36,414 nucleotides of DNA from an uncultured bacterium (GCA_965369305.1 CBDUQG010000001.1:1-36414), one strand, 5' to 3'. Counted from the stretch's first letter, positions 8,127 through 17,379 are shown. Numbers and translations: made by a program. The notes: generated from the sequence alone by a model not told the origin.

Positions 8127-8837
8127 ATGCGAAAAATGTATGCCAAAAACATCGCCCAGCAAGTGAAGGATTCTTATTCTCAGTTTGCCCAGCAGTTCGA
8201 CCAAACCCGCCGTCAGCAGTGGGCCGAATTCGACCACTTTTTGGCGTACACCCGTAAGCAGGCCAAGGTGCTTGATTTGGGCTGTGGTAATGGGCGGCTT
8301 TACGAATTCCTTCAGCCAAAAGAAGTCAGCTACTTAGGCATCGACCACAATTCGCACCTCCTCGACTTGGCCAGGAAGAATTTTCCTGAGGGCCACTTTC
8401 AGCTGGATGACATCATGGACCTCAAGCTCGAAGAGGAGGGGTTCGATAACATTTTCTGCATTGCGGCTTTTCATCACATTCCCACCAAAAAGATGCGTCG
8501 AAAAGTGCTGGATGATCTCCATCAAGCTCTCAAGCCAGATGGCGTCTTTATTCTGACTGTCTGGAACCTTTTTCAGTTCAGATACTGGGGGCCACTACTC
8601 AAAGCAGTCCTTCGATCTGTATTAACACTGGGCCTGAAGGGTTCCTGGAACGACCTCTGGATCAAGTGGGGGAGTTATCCCCTCAAGCGCTATTACCACG
8701 CCTTTTTACCCAAAGAGTTAAGTGCTTTATTTAGCCCAGATCTTTGGGAAATCGAAGAATTTTACTTTACGCGGAAAGGAAATCGAGTAAGATGGTTCAG
8801 GTCTTTTAATCTAGTTTTGATCGTTCGAAAAAAATGA
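8127..8837 (+). CDS. class I SAM-dependent methyltransferase
   Basis: 236-aa ORF with SAM-binding motif I VLDLGCGNGR, plus IFCIAAFHHIP and LKPDGVFILTVW. The start is ambiguous: ATG 8127 has GAGG only 1 nt upstream, whereas ATG 8136 has better spacing. The stop overlaps the next gene's start (ATGA at 8834-8837). Confidence 0.85.
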   Translation: MRKMYAKNIAQQVKDSYSQFAQQFDQTRRQQWAEFDHFLAYTRKQAKVLDLGCGNGRLYEFLQPKEVSYLGIDHNSHLLDLARKNFPEGHFQLDDIMDLKLEEEGFDNIFCIAAFHHIPTKKMRRKVLDDLHQALKPDGVFILTVWNLFQFRYWGPLLKAVLRSVLTLGLKGSWNDLWIKWGSYPLKRYYHAFLPKELSALFSPDLWEIEEFYFTRKGNRVRWFRSFNLVLIVRKK

Positions 8838-9667
8838 AAGAAAAAGTGAACATCGCCGGGGTGGAATTTGATGCTGTCCGCTATGAAGACGTGCTGACAG
8901 CCGTCGGTGTATTCGTGGGGCAAGAGCACAAAAAGCATATGATTGTGACGCCTAATCCCGAAATGGTGGTCCATGCCCAAAAAGACAACGCTTTTAAGAG
9001 AGTGCTTAATTCAGCGTCTCTGGCTGTGCCGGATGGCATTGGTATTCTGTGGGCCGCCCATTATTTGAACAGGGATCCTGCCAAGAATCGCTGGGTCGAA
9101 AAGATCAAAGTTCTAAGCACTCTTTTTCAGGTCCTCTTCAAGATGAAGGCTATTTACAAAGTGCTACCGGCTCGTGTGACAGGAGCTGACTTACTCTTTA
9201 GAGTCGTTGAAGAGAGTCAAAAGAATGGCTGGAAAATCTTCCTTCTCGGGGCCGCTCCTGGAGTGGCTGACATCGCCATCGAACGCCTGCTTAAGCGCTA
9301 TCCGCAGGCCATTTTTGCCGGTAGTTTTGCAGGCACACCCGCCGAAACTCACGAAGACGAGCTCTGCGAACGTATCCGAAATGCCCAGCCTGATATTCTG
9401 TTTGTGGCTTATGGCAGCCCCGCTCAGGAAGAGTGGATCAGCCGTAATCTCGACAAACTTGGCTCGGTTAAGGTGGCCATTGGAGTGGGCGGTGCCATTG
9501 ATTTTGCCGCAGGGAAAGCAAAAAGAGCCCCAAAGCTGCTCCGCAGTCTTGGTTTGGAATGGTTCTGGAGACTTGTTACGCAGCCTAGTCGCTTTAAGCG
9601 CATTTGGAATGCTACCTTTGTCTTTGTCAGACTGATTTTCAGATTGAAAGCAGGGAAGCGCTCATGA
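8834..9667 (+). CDS. tagA: WecB/TagA/CpsF family glycosyltransferase (Und-PP-GlcNAc beta-1,4-ManNAc transferase-like)
   Basis: 277-aa ORF with the family motifs VTPNPEMVV, VPDGIGILWA, FLLGAAPGV, DILFVAYGSPAQE, GVGGAIDF and LGLEWFWRL. Confidence 0.85.
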   Translation: MKEKVNIAGVEFDAVRYEDVLTAVGVFVGQEHKKHMIVTPNPEMVVHAQKDNAFKRVLNSASLAVPDGIGILWAAHYLNRDPAKNRWVEKIKVLSTLFQVLFKMKAIYKVLPARVTGADLLFRVVEESQKNGWKIFLLGAAPGVADIAIERLLKRYPQAIFAGSFAGTPAETHEDELCERIRNAQPDILFVAYGSPAQEEWISRNLDKLGSVKVAIGVGGAIDFAAGKAKRAPKLLRSLGLEWFWRLVTQPSRFKRIWNATFVFVRLIFRLKAGKRS

Positions 9668-9714
9668 TAGACTGAGAAACACGATATTAAGAAAGTTCGT
9701 CCTCCCCAGAAGCT

Positions 9715-10335
9715 ATGGACAAAGACGGACACGACTTTAAAGGCCAGCTGAAATACGAGCACTTCCAGTTCTTCTTCCGCAAACACTGGGTCAAGTTCAT
9801 GGAGCCCATTCTTTTCAGCATACCGGTTGGTCTGATGATCTTTGCAGTTCTTGTTTTCTTGGGGCGGTTAACGCTGCTAGTCGACTATGAATTCATTCGA
9901 GCCTTTTACGTGCATTTCACCCTGCTCACATCCATCGGCTTTTTGCTCCTAGCCAGCCTCCAGCTGATCAACTTCTACTTCGACATGGTCATCATCACCG
10001 ATTCAAGAGTTCTCGTGGTCCGTAAGACCGTTTTTTTAAAAAATAACTCAGACGCCATAGATCTCACTAAGATCCAGGACATTGCCGTGGATAGCCGGGG
10101 TATTCTTTGTAACTATCTGCGTTACGGTAAGCTGGTCATCACCTTATCAACCTCGGCACCGCCCATCGTGATCACCTATGTTCCGAATCCTCATTACTAC
10201 TTAGAATGGAGTAATCGAGTGAAACGAGAGCACATTCTCAAGCGCCGTTCAGAGCGACTATCGGCCAGGTCAGAAGATAAGGGGCAGGCAGGCAGCTCGG
10301 AGTACCTGCAGGATATCAGGAATCTAAACCTATGA
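9715..10335 (+). CDS. membrane protein with bacterial PH-like (YdbS/YdbT, bPH_2-type) domain
   Basis: 206-aa ORF with FRKHW, two TM helices, then ITDSRVLVV...FLK...LTKIQD...GILCNYLRYGKLVI...VPNP. It is a paralog of the next gene. Confidence 0.6.
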   Translation: MDKDGHDFKGQLKYEHFQFFFRKHWVKFMEPILFSIPVGLMIFAVLVFLGRLTLLVDYEFIRAFYVHFTLLTSIGFLLLASLQLINFYFDMVIITDSRVLVVRKTVFLKNNSDAIDLTKIQDIAVDSRGILCNYLRYGKLVITLSTSAPPIVITYVPNPHYYLEWSNRVKREHILKRRSERLSARSEDKGQAGSSEYLQDIRNLNL

Positions 10336-10388
10336 TTTTGGTCTATTTTCTGCTAAAAATAAACTGATCAAAATCCTATTTAACTATC

Positions 10389-10970
10389 ATGGACTTCCCC
10401 GGAAAACAGCCTGGTGAAAAGGTGCTCATGGTCATTCGTAAGCATCCCATTGTCTACATCCGAAATTTATTGATTTTTTTAGTGGCAGCCATTCTTCCGC
10501 TCATGATTTTTCTCATGATCTGGTCTAGCAATTTCCCGCTTTCGCAAGGGGGTACGGTTAGCACAATCGGTTACCTGGGGGCCAGCCTCTACTTTCTTTA
10601 CAGCTTGGCACTGCTCCTCATCAGTTGGTTGGATGATGAATTCGATCTCTTTATTCTGACTGACCACCGGCTCATTGACATCACGCAAGTGAGCTTCTTA
10701 AAGCGAACAGTGGCCACCACACCACTCGATCAGATTCAGGACACTACTAGTGATATCAACGGAGTTTTGCCAACCCTGCTTAACTACGGATCGGTGGATG
10801 TGCAAACCGCCGCGGGGGTTGCCAGTAGCTTCACCATTGACCATGTTCCGGACCCCGCCCTCATCGCCAGAAAAATACTCAACTACGCAGAAGAAAAGAA
10901 GGGCCCTGACTACATTGATCCGCCGGTGGGGGAAGGCTTTCCTCAACCTAATGTACGAAGTAGTCAATAG
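10389..10970 (+). CDS. membrane protein with bacterial PH-like (YdbS/YdbT, bPH_2-type) domain, paralog of 9715-10335
   Basis: 193-aa ORF with IRKHP, two TM helices, then LTDHRLIDI...FLK...LDQIQD...GVLPTLLNYGSVDV...VPDP. The architecture and motifs match the upstream gene. Confidence 0.6.
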   Translation: MDFPGKQPGEKVLMVIRKHPIVYIRNLLIFLVAAILPLMIFLMIWSSNFPLSQGGTVSTIGYLGASLYFLYSLALLLISWLDDEFDLFILTDHRLIDITQVSFLKRTVATTPLDQIQDTTSDINGVLPTLLNYGSVDVQTAAGVASSFTIDHVPDPALIARKILNYAEEKKGPDYIDPPVGEGFPQPNVRSSQ

Positions 10971-11029
10971 AATCAACTTTCATTTTTCAGAAAATCCCGT
11001 AGCATGGAAGTCACCTCTGAATTTTTTAT

Positions 11030-12874
11030 ATGCCTTCAAACCCGAGCCAAGTCAGCAGCGGGCGGGAGACTTTTGGTCCCCGTGAATCCAGCGCTCTAAA
11101 GAGCGTGCTCAGCAAAAACCGCATGAGCCAGGTTCGTCGTGAAATAGGCATCATCGCAGACCGCTCCTACCGAGACCACCTCATTAATGATGAGGCCTAT
11201 CAAGGATATCGAGAATTGGCCGAAGGCCGTGAAGCTCACGCACTGAGTGCCGATATGCTGGAAAGCACCCGGTCCTTTGCCAAGAAACATGAGCTTAAGG
11301 CGGTACGTGTTCACCAAAAGATTGAGGCTGCCATGCGAGAAGGTTATGCCAGTGAGGCCGATGAAGAATTCCTGATGGAAAACCTGGTCACCGACAACAT
11401 CGAATTTGCCATGAAAGCCGAGCAAGTAGAGGGAATCATCGAAGCTAAGCTGGCCCGCATGAAAGCAGATAGGCAGACTTACGACAAATTAGTCGCTCAT
11501 CCACTCATCCAAAACATTGGCTATCTCAAGGTCGATGCAACGACCAAGATCGGCTTCCCGGATGCAAAAGAGTTCATGGAAATGACAGTGCCAGAGCGAC
11601 GGGAGATGCTAGCCAAAATCCAGGAAGCTTTACCAAAGGCAGAGCAGTTTGCCAGCCAGACAGAAGCCATCGAAGACACCAAGCTCACTCAGGACTACCG
11701 CCGAAAACTCGATTCAGCCCTGGAGCGAAGGGTTATTGGTAAAGTGACCTATCAAAAATTCCTTGATGGCTTTCAAAAAGTTGATCACGACGAAAAAAAG
11801 TACTGGCTCGAAGAATTCGATGCCCAGATGGAGCGCTATGGAACACTGTGGACCCAAATTCGAAGTGAGCTCAAGGGGCCTGCTCTAGCAAGTATGGAAG
11901 GTAAGTTGAACCAGATGGGCTACTCTGAGCTTTTTGCAGAGTTCGGCAAGGCGAAGGAGCTTGAATCAAAAAAACTTAGCACCTCGTATGTCAGTGAGCT
12001 CGAATCCTATCGCGAAAAAGGAGTCATTGGGCGTCATACCCTTGGCCAGTTCGTGGTCTGGATGAATCAGCAAGATCTGGCCAGTCAGTACGAAGCGCTG
12101 GGCCAATTACCCGACCAAATGGCTCGGTACGAAAAGCTCTGGGACGATGTGAAAACACTAAGCCCTAAAGATCAAAGATCTCTGAAGTCCAAAATTGATG
12201 TTTGGGGCTACACCGAGCTCAATCAGGAATATCGCAAACTGGCCGGCTTGCCTCTACAGGATGCCCAGGCAAATAAGATGGAGGAGGCACTTAGTCAGAT
12301 CAAATCGGCTGAAATTCGGGAGGCCATCATAGAAACTGACGAAATACTCAGCGATCAAGGGGCCGAGAAGAAAAAGACTTTTACCAGTCTGCTCGACAAG
12401 ATGTTCAGCCGAGCAACCCAAAGTTCCTTCGACGCGACTAGCTTTGAAACCCAGATCAGGGAGAGGGTGTCTGAAAACAACTCCGAAGTGGAGCGCAGTA
12501 CGAAAAGTCGTGAAGCCAGCGACGAAGTGAATCTGACTCAGATTCAAGAGGATGCAGACATGCTTGAAGACAATGGGAAGGCAGAAGTCATTAAGGACAA
12601 TGGTTTTTTGCAAGTAGAATCAGAAGATCAAAAAGGGGATGTACAGCGGGATATTCAGGTAACGGTTAATGAAGAGGACGGTATGAAGCGCTTCCTCAGC
12701 GAAAACGGGCGACATCATTATCAGGCAGAAAACGATGGCGGTAAGGATGATTTGTCACTAGCCATCCAAGCCGGCTCCGGACGAACTGTCGAACTCGATT
12801 TACAGGAAATACGCGCTCTCCAAAAGTACCTTAAGCTTAGTGAGCAGGATAAGTCAGAAGATCAAGCAGCTTAG
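11030..12874 (+). CDS. hypothetical protein, charged/helical, with an internal 97-aa tandem repeat
   Basis: 614-aa ORF with no family recognised. Residues 218-314 and 315-410 align without gaps, sharing KL..Y...L.S..E..VIG..T...F...QM.RY..LW...GY.EL. The start codon is uncertain, because several in-frame Met codons follow. Confidence 0.6.
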   Translation: MPSNPSQVSSGRETFGPRESSALKSVLSKNRMSQVRREIGIIADRSYRDHLINDEAYQGYRELAEGREAHALSADMLESTRSFAKKHELKAVRVHQKIEAAMREGYASEADEEFLMENLVTDNIEFAMKAEQVEGIIEAKLARMKADRQTYDKLVAHPLIQNIGYLKVDATTKIGFPDAKEFMEMTVPERREMLAKIQEALPKAEQFASQTEAIEDTKLTQDYRRKLDSALERRVIGKVTYQKFLDGFQKVDHDEKKYWLEEFDAQMERYGTLWTQIRSELKGPALASMEGKLNQMGYSELFAEFGKAKELESKKLSTSYVSELESYREKGVIGRHTLGQFVVWMNQQDLASQYEALGQLPDQMARYEKLWDDVKTLSPKDQRSLKSKIDVWGYTELNQEYRKLAGLPLQDAQANKMEEALSQIKSAEIREAIIETDEILSDQGAEKKKTFTSLLDKMFSRATQSSFDATSFETQIRERVSENNSEVERSTKSREASDEVNLTQIQEDADMLEDNGKAEVIKDNGFLQVESEDQKGDVQRDIQVTVNEEDGMKRFLSENGRHHYQAENDGGKDDLSLAIQAGSGRTVELDLQEIRALQKYLKLSEQDKSEDQAA

Positions 12875-14850
12875 TCCTCCTTTCGAAGCTCTTTCAGTTT
12901 TTTATCGTATTGAAGCACGGTATCCACGAAGGTGGCATGGGACCATGTTAACGGTGCCACCGAAAGCGGCTCCCCATTAAACGGGCTCACCTGCTCTGGC
13001 ATGATTCCAGCTTCGTTGGCCTGATCAACAGCCCACTTAAGGGTGTTGCGTACCTCCTTCAAGTCAGCTTCATTCTTGGCAAGGGCCAGTTTCCACTGCG
13101 CGTGCCACAAGGTAGTGATAAGCCAGGGGTTTCCCGGAATGTCATGGTAATTACCAGCCACGCGCTGATAGTCATCATTTTCACTACGGGCCATTCCTCC
13201 CACATGAGTATTAATCTTCAGGCTTTCATGAATTGCTTCGTTGGTGCGGATGATTCGCTCATCATCTGGTGGCAAAACACCCATCATCCATAGCGCATGC
13301 ATACTAGCATCCAGGCTGTAATCCTTAGTCATTTCCTTGGTCTTGGAATTCACTTCCAGACGCTTCAGGAAGCGACCCTCTTTTTCGTCATATAAGTGCT
13401 TAAGAATAGCTTCTTTGATGCTTTCAGCAGCCTTTTTGTAGCGATCTGAATGATTGAAGTGACCGATAATAGACGAAAGACGGTAAGCTGCTTCGAGTCC
13501 GGCATAAGTGCAGGCAGCGGTGTAGGCAAAAATACCTCGTTCACGTTCCCAGAGGTCATAGGTGGGCAGTGGCAGACCTGTTTTTTCATCCACAAAATGA
13601 CTCATAAAATTTCCGGCAGCTCGAATAAGAGGCTCATACATTTCCTGAATAAACTCAATATCTTTGTAATGCTGCCAGTGATTCCAAAGGGCGTAGGTCA
13701 CAATCGCTGTTTCATCTTCCTGAATCGGCATCTGCATTTCGCCGTTTTTGTACCAGGCATGCCAGCTTGAACCAACCGACTCATCAGGGTTGTACTTGTG
13801 TAGCAGGTAACCTTCGTGAGTCATGGTATCCGCGCAAAACTGGAAGAATCGCTTGGTGATTTCACCATAGCCAGCGCGGTCTAGCGCAATGCTCACCCAG
13901 GCCCCATCACGTGGCCACATGTAGGTGTAAGTATCCTTATTAAACTTCATAATGTCCGAATCGTTGGCAGCAATAATCGCACCACGATTATCAATCTGAG
14001 TTCGAACAATAAGCAGACTCTGCTTATATTCCTTAAGCAGGTCGGGATCAACCTGTAGATCTTTCTCAGTTTCTTTGTTCACCCAGCTGATCCAGTAGTT
14101 GATGGTGTTTTTGAGAAGCTTCTCAGGCCCTTCATGAAGAATGAACTCGTGCATGTCTTCCACGTCATTCAAATCTTTTCCGGCACAGATCCAAACATAA
14201 AGCACTTTTTCTTCCATAGCTTTTAGCGGCACTCTGAATTCCACAGTAGAATCCACACTACCTTGCTCAATCGCATGTTCATGAAGATGACCGTCTTCAG
14301 CATCTTTCCAGGTGCCTTCAAGTCCTCGGTATTCACTTTTACCAGTAGTAAATGAGTCCACACCAGCCTTGCCGTCCTGCATTCCAGAAATCCAGAAGTA
14401 GCGGCGCTTGCGGTAGTGAACCATGGCTTTGAATTCCGGTTCATAAAAGGCCGTGTCTTGTTGCTTGTCGCCGTACAAGTGAAAATCCTGATTGAAGTAC
14501 ATCTTCACCTCACGATCGTAATTCGCTTCGTTGCGGATTTTGACCTTTCGCATGAAGAGATTTTCACTGTGATAAACAAAGTCATTGAAATCCAGGCGAA
14601 TCAGCAGTTCTTCATTCCGGGAAACCGCATCAGTCACCAGCGTTTCCGGTAGATACTTAGTGCTGTGATCCCATGAGCTATCAGTTAGCCAAGAGAACTT
14701 ATTGTCGACATGTACACCTACTCTGTGCCAGTGCTGAAAATCAATATGATCCTCCATGCCCACATACGGAAAATAGAGATCTTCCAAAAGATTATTGTGG
14801 TTCATGCAGGCTAATAGATTCCCGTTTCCTGTGACGGCGGCTCGTGGCAT
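12871..14850 (-). CDS. glycoside hydrolase family 15 (glucoamylase-type)
   Basis: 659-aa ORF with the GH15 signature YMWPRDGAW, plus IAANDSD, LHKYNPDESVGSSW and LPEQV-like MPEQVSP near the C-terminus. Its ATG directly abuts the stop of the upstream GH57 gene (TAAATG). Confidence 0.88.
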   Translation of the reverse strand: MPRAAVTGNGNLLACMNHNNLLEDLYFPYVGMEDHIDFQHWHRVGVHVDNKFSWLTDSSWDHSTKYLPETLVTDAVSRNEELLIRLDFNDFVYHSENLFMRKVKIRNEANYDREVKMYFNQDFHLYGDKQQDTAFYEPEFKAMVHYRKRRYFWISGMQDGKAGVDSFTTGKSEYRGLEGTWKDAEDGHLHEHAIEQGSVDSTVEFRVPLKAMEEKVLYVWICAGKDLNDVEDMHEFILHEGPEKLLKNTINYWISWVNKETEKDLQVDPDLLKEYKQSLLIVRTQIDNRGAIIAANDSDIMKFNKDTYTYMWPRDGAWVSIALDRAGYGEITKRFFQFCADTMTHEGYLLHKYNPDESVGSSWHAWYKNGEMQMPIQEDETAIVTYALWNHWQHYKDIEFIQEMYEPLIRAAGNFMSHFVDEKTGLPLPTYDLWERERGIFAYTAACTYAGLEAAYRLSSIIGHFNHSDRYKKAAESIKEAILKHLYDEKEGRFLKRLEVNSKTKEMTKDYSLDASMHALWMMGVLPPDDERIIRTNEAIHESLKINTHVGGMARSENDDYQRVAGNYHDIPGNPWLITTLWHAQWKLALAKNEADLKEVRNTLKWAVDQANEAGIMPEQVSPFNGEPLSVAPLTWSHATFVDTVLQYDKKLKELRKED

Positions 14851-16140
14851 TTAGACAGTGGTTAATTTATGTTCAAAATCGCTCAGAGTATTCATGTAAG
14901 TGATATACGCGTCATAAGGTGACTCGTAGCACGAAAAGTAGGCATGAACATCGCCATCATTCCAGTATTTGGTACACATGTAATAAAAGTGGTCGGACGT
15001 TTGTAGTCTTCGCCAGGTGTTATGTAGATCGTCGGCTTCTTTCTTCTTCAGGGTGCCAAGCTTATTGCTGACCACCTCCTCCAGTTCAAAGATTCTTTGA
15101 AGTGCAGATTCCTGCATTGGATTGGAAAGCCAGGCAGAAAGATCGCGTTCCATATCGGCCCAACTCATTAGGTGTGGCACATGGACTTCACCCACCGGCT
15201 TAAGGGCCTTAATCGTTTCGCTAGGTGTTTTGAATCCAATGTTTCTTCGAAGCAGCGCTTCAGGAAGATGTCTCATGAATTCAAAAATTCCGGTGTCTTC
15301 CCACTGGTGTTCTCCAAAGGTTTCGTAGTCCATGAACAAGTTGATGGTGTCTCCCTCGGTGGCATCCACCCAGGCAGCATACTTCTCAGTCGTCAGTGGA
15401 TGTTCGGTCCAGCCTTTGTTGCTAAAACGAAAGGCAATGTCATCCGACAGTTTGTAGTTTTTAAGTAGCAGGGCAATATCCTTTTTCGGCCTTTTGCTGA
15501 TCGCCATCTCCTTAGCGATCTTCTGATCTTCCGGATGAAGCTCCACTTTCTCTGGGTTGTACAGGTAGTTTGGACTCTTCCAGTCTAGGTAGTAGTCCCA
15601 ACCTTCGGCCAGGATTCCCTTGAAGCCCATCTCGCGGATGAACTCAGCAATTTCGCTGGAGTAAATTAGCTCCGTATTACGGAAAACCGTTGGCCTTTTT
15701 CTGAAGAGCTTGTAAACGAGCTTCTTTTGCTTGGTGATCTGCTCAGCAAATTCTTTTTTGGAATAAAGCCAAGAGAGTGAATGATAGTAAGTTTCGCAGA
15801 GTACCTCGGCTTGCCCAGTGGCAATGATCTTCTGGAAAGACTCCAAAACCTGCTGACCTATCTCGCCGTATTCTAAACACTGTTCCAAAAATACCCCTGA
15901 AAAACTATAGCTCACCTTGAATTCTGGGTACTTGTTAAGTAGTTCCAGAATCAGGGCGTTGGTTGGCAAGTAGCACTTGCGAGCCACCTTTTCAAAGATA
16001 GCCTTGTTTTCGTAGGCCGCTGGCCCCGTAAAGTAATCCTCTTTATCGCCCACTTCAAAGGCATTACATTTGTTCAGCCGGTAAGGCTGATGAACTTGGA
16101 AGTAGAAGCAGATATTTTTTTGAAAGTCTTTCTTTTTCAT
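14851..16140 (-). CDS. glycoside hydrolase family 57 protein (alpha-amylase / alpha-glucan-active)
   Basis: 429-aa ORF with the GH57 region I FQVHQPYRL. GILAEGW and the catalytic-region-like MDYETFGEHQW are also present. Confidence 0.8.
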   Translation of the reverse strand: MKKKDFQKNICFYFQVHQPYRLNKCNAFEVGDKEDYFTGPAAYENKAIFEKVARKCYLPTNALILELLNKYPEFKVSYSFSGVFLEQCLEYGEIGQQVLESFQKIIATGQAEVLCETYYHSLSWLYSKKEFAEQITKQKKLVYKLFRKRPTVFRNTELIYSSEIAEFIREMGFKGILAEGWDYYLDWKSPNYLYNPEKVELHPEDQKIAKEMAISKRPKKDIALLLKNYKLSDDIAFRFSNKGWTEHPLTTEKYAAWVDATEGDTINLFMDYETFGEHQWEDTGIFEFMRHLPEALLRRNIGFKTPSETIKALKPVGEVHVPHLMSWADMERDLSAWLSNPMQESALQRIFELEEVVSNKLGTLKKKEADDLHNTWRRLQTSDHFYYMCTKYWNDGDVHAYFSCYESPYDAYITYMNTLSDFEHKLTTV

Positions 16141-16155
16141 CTTTCCCCTTAAAAA

Positions 16156-17379
16156 TTAAAATTGGGCAACTTTTTCATAAACTTTGGTAATTTCGCCGGC
16201 TTGCTTTTGCCAGCTCATTCGTTCGAGTTCTTCACCGCTGCGCTCAATCAAGGTGCGATGCAGATCTGGATACTGAAGCGCGGCGACCACCTTGTTGGCC
16301 ATTTCATCCACATCCCAAAAATCCACCCGAAGAGCATTTCGGATCGCTTCACTGATTCCTGATTGCTTCGAAATAAGCACAGGGGTTCCTTGGCGAATCG
16401 CTTCGAGCGGTGTAATCCCAAATGGCTCAGACACTGACGGCATCACATAAAGATCAGCCTCAGCGTAAGCCCGGGCAATCTCATCACCTTTTAGGAATCC
16501 AGAAAAGAGTACGTTTCGTTCAATGCCAAGGTTGATGGCCATTTTGATCACCTGATCCATCATGTCGCCATCACCAGCCATCACAAACTTAACTCGCTTC
16601 ATGTGATCCAGTACCTTCTTGGCCATGCGAAGGAAGTAATCAGGTCCCTTCTGCATGGTCATACGTCCCAGAAACAGAACGATCTTGTCACTTGGATTGA
16701 TGTGATGTTTTTTGTGGTAGGTGCTAAAGTTTGGCCTAACCGCATTGTGAACCACTTCAATCTTCCAATCCTGAATGCCGTAGTGCTTGACCAGCATCTT
16801 CTTCGTGTAGTCCGAAACAGCAATGACATGATCAGCATGTTCCATACCTCGGCGCTCCAAGTCGTAAACAGCCTGATTCGGATTCTCGCCACTGCGGTCG
16901 AATTCTGTTGCGTGTACATGCATGATTAGTGGCTGACCAGATAGTTTTTTAGCCTGAACCCCTGCCTCAGCGGTGAGCCAGTCGTGGCTGTGAATCACGT
17001 CATGTGGAACTTCCTTGGCATGATAGGCTGCCTTCGCAGCATAGCGATGAACCTCTTCCATGATGTTCTTGCCGTAAATGGCATTCGGTTCATCCTTCAT
17101 GATTTTTTGCATGTACTCACGGTATTCTTTTTCGCTGGTGGCATAAGGTGAGTAAAGGCCAGTAGGCACAGTGCCAATTTCAACATGGCCGCCAGACTGA
17201 CTGGCCGAAAGCACCTTAAAAGAATCCCCGTACATTTGCATGGCCGGAGAGGTTTTTGGAAGAACCAAGAACACCTCATGATTGTGGCTGATGAGCCCCT
17301 CCACAATCCCTTGGCAAGCAACGCCAAGCCCTCCGCTTTGAATGGGTGGAAATTCCCATCCGTACATCAGCACCTTCAT
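16156..17379 (-). CDS. glycosyltransferase, glycogen-synthase-like (GT4/GT5 fold)
   Basis: 407-aa ORF. The N-terminus MKVLMYGWEFPPIQSGGLGVA resembles the GlgA-type GGLG motif. The C-terminal VMPSVSEPFGITPLEA is the GT-B E-x7-E region. It is the first gene of the GT-GH57-GH15 operon. Confidence 0.8.
   Translation of the reverse strand: MKVLMYGWEFPPIQSGGLGVACQGIVEGLISHNHEVFLVLPKTSPAMQMYGDSFKVLSASQSGGHVEIGTVPTGLYSPYATSEKEYREYMQKIMKDEPNAIYGKNIMEEVHRYAAKAAYHAKEVPHDVIHSHDWLTAEAGVQAKKLSGQPLIMHVHATEFDRSGENPNQAVYDLERRGMEHADHVIAVSDYTKKMLVKHYGIQDWKIEVVHNAVRPNFSTYHKKHHINPSDKIVLFLGRMTMQKGPDYFLRMAKKVLDHMKRVKFVMAGDGDMMDQVIKMAINLGIERNVLFSGFLKGDEIARAYAEADLYVMPSVSEPFGITPLEAIRQGTPVLISKQSGISEAIRNALRVDFWDVDEMANKVVAALQYPDLHRTLIERSGEELERMSWQKQAGEITKVYEKVAQF

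Noticed and set aside
8835-8837. Possibility of an alternative genetic code (UGA recoded, as in some candidate phyla).
   Set aside because: TGA ends the methyltransferase (8835-8837) and TagA (9665-9667) ORFs at family-appropriate lengths. All conserved genes are full length under code 11.
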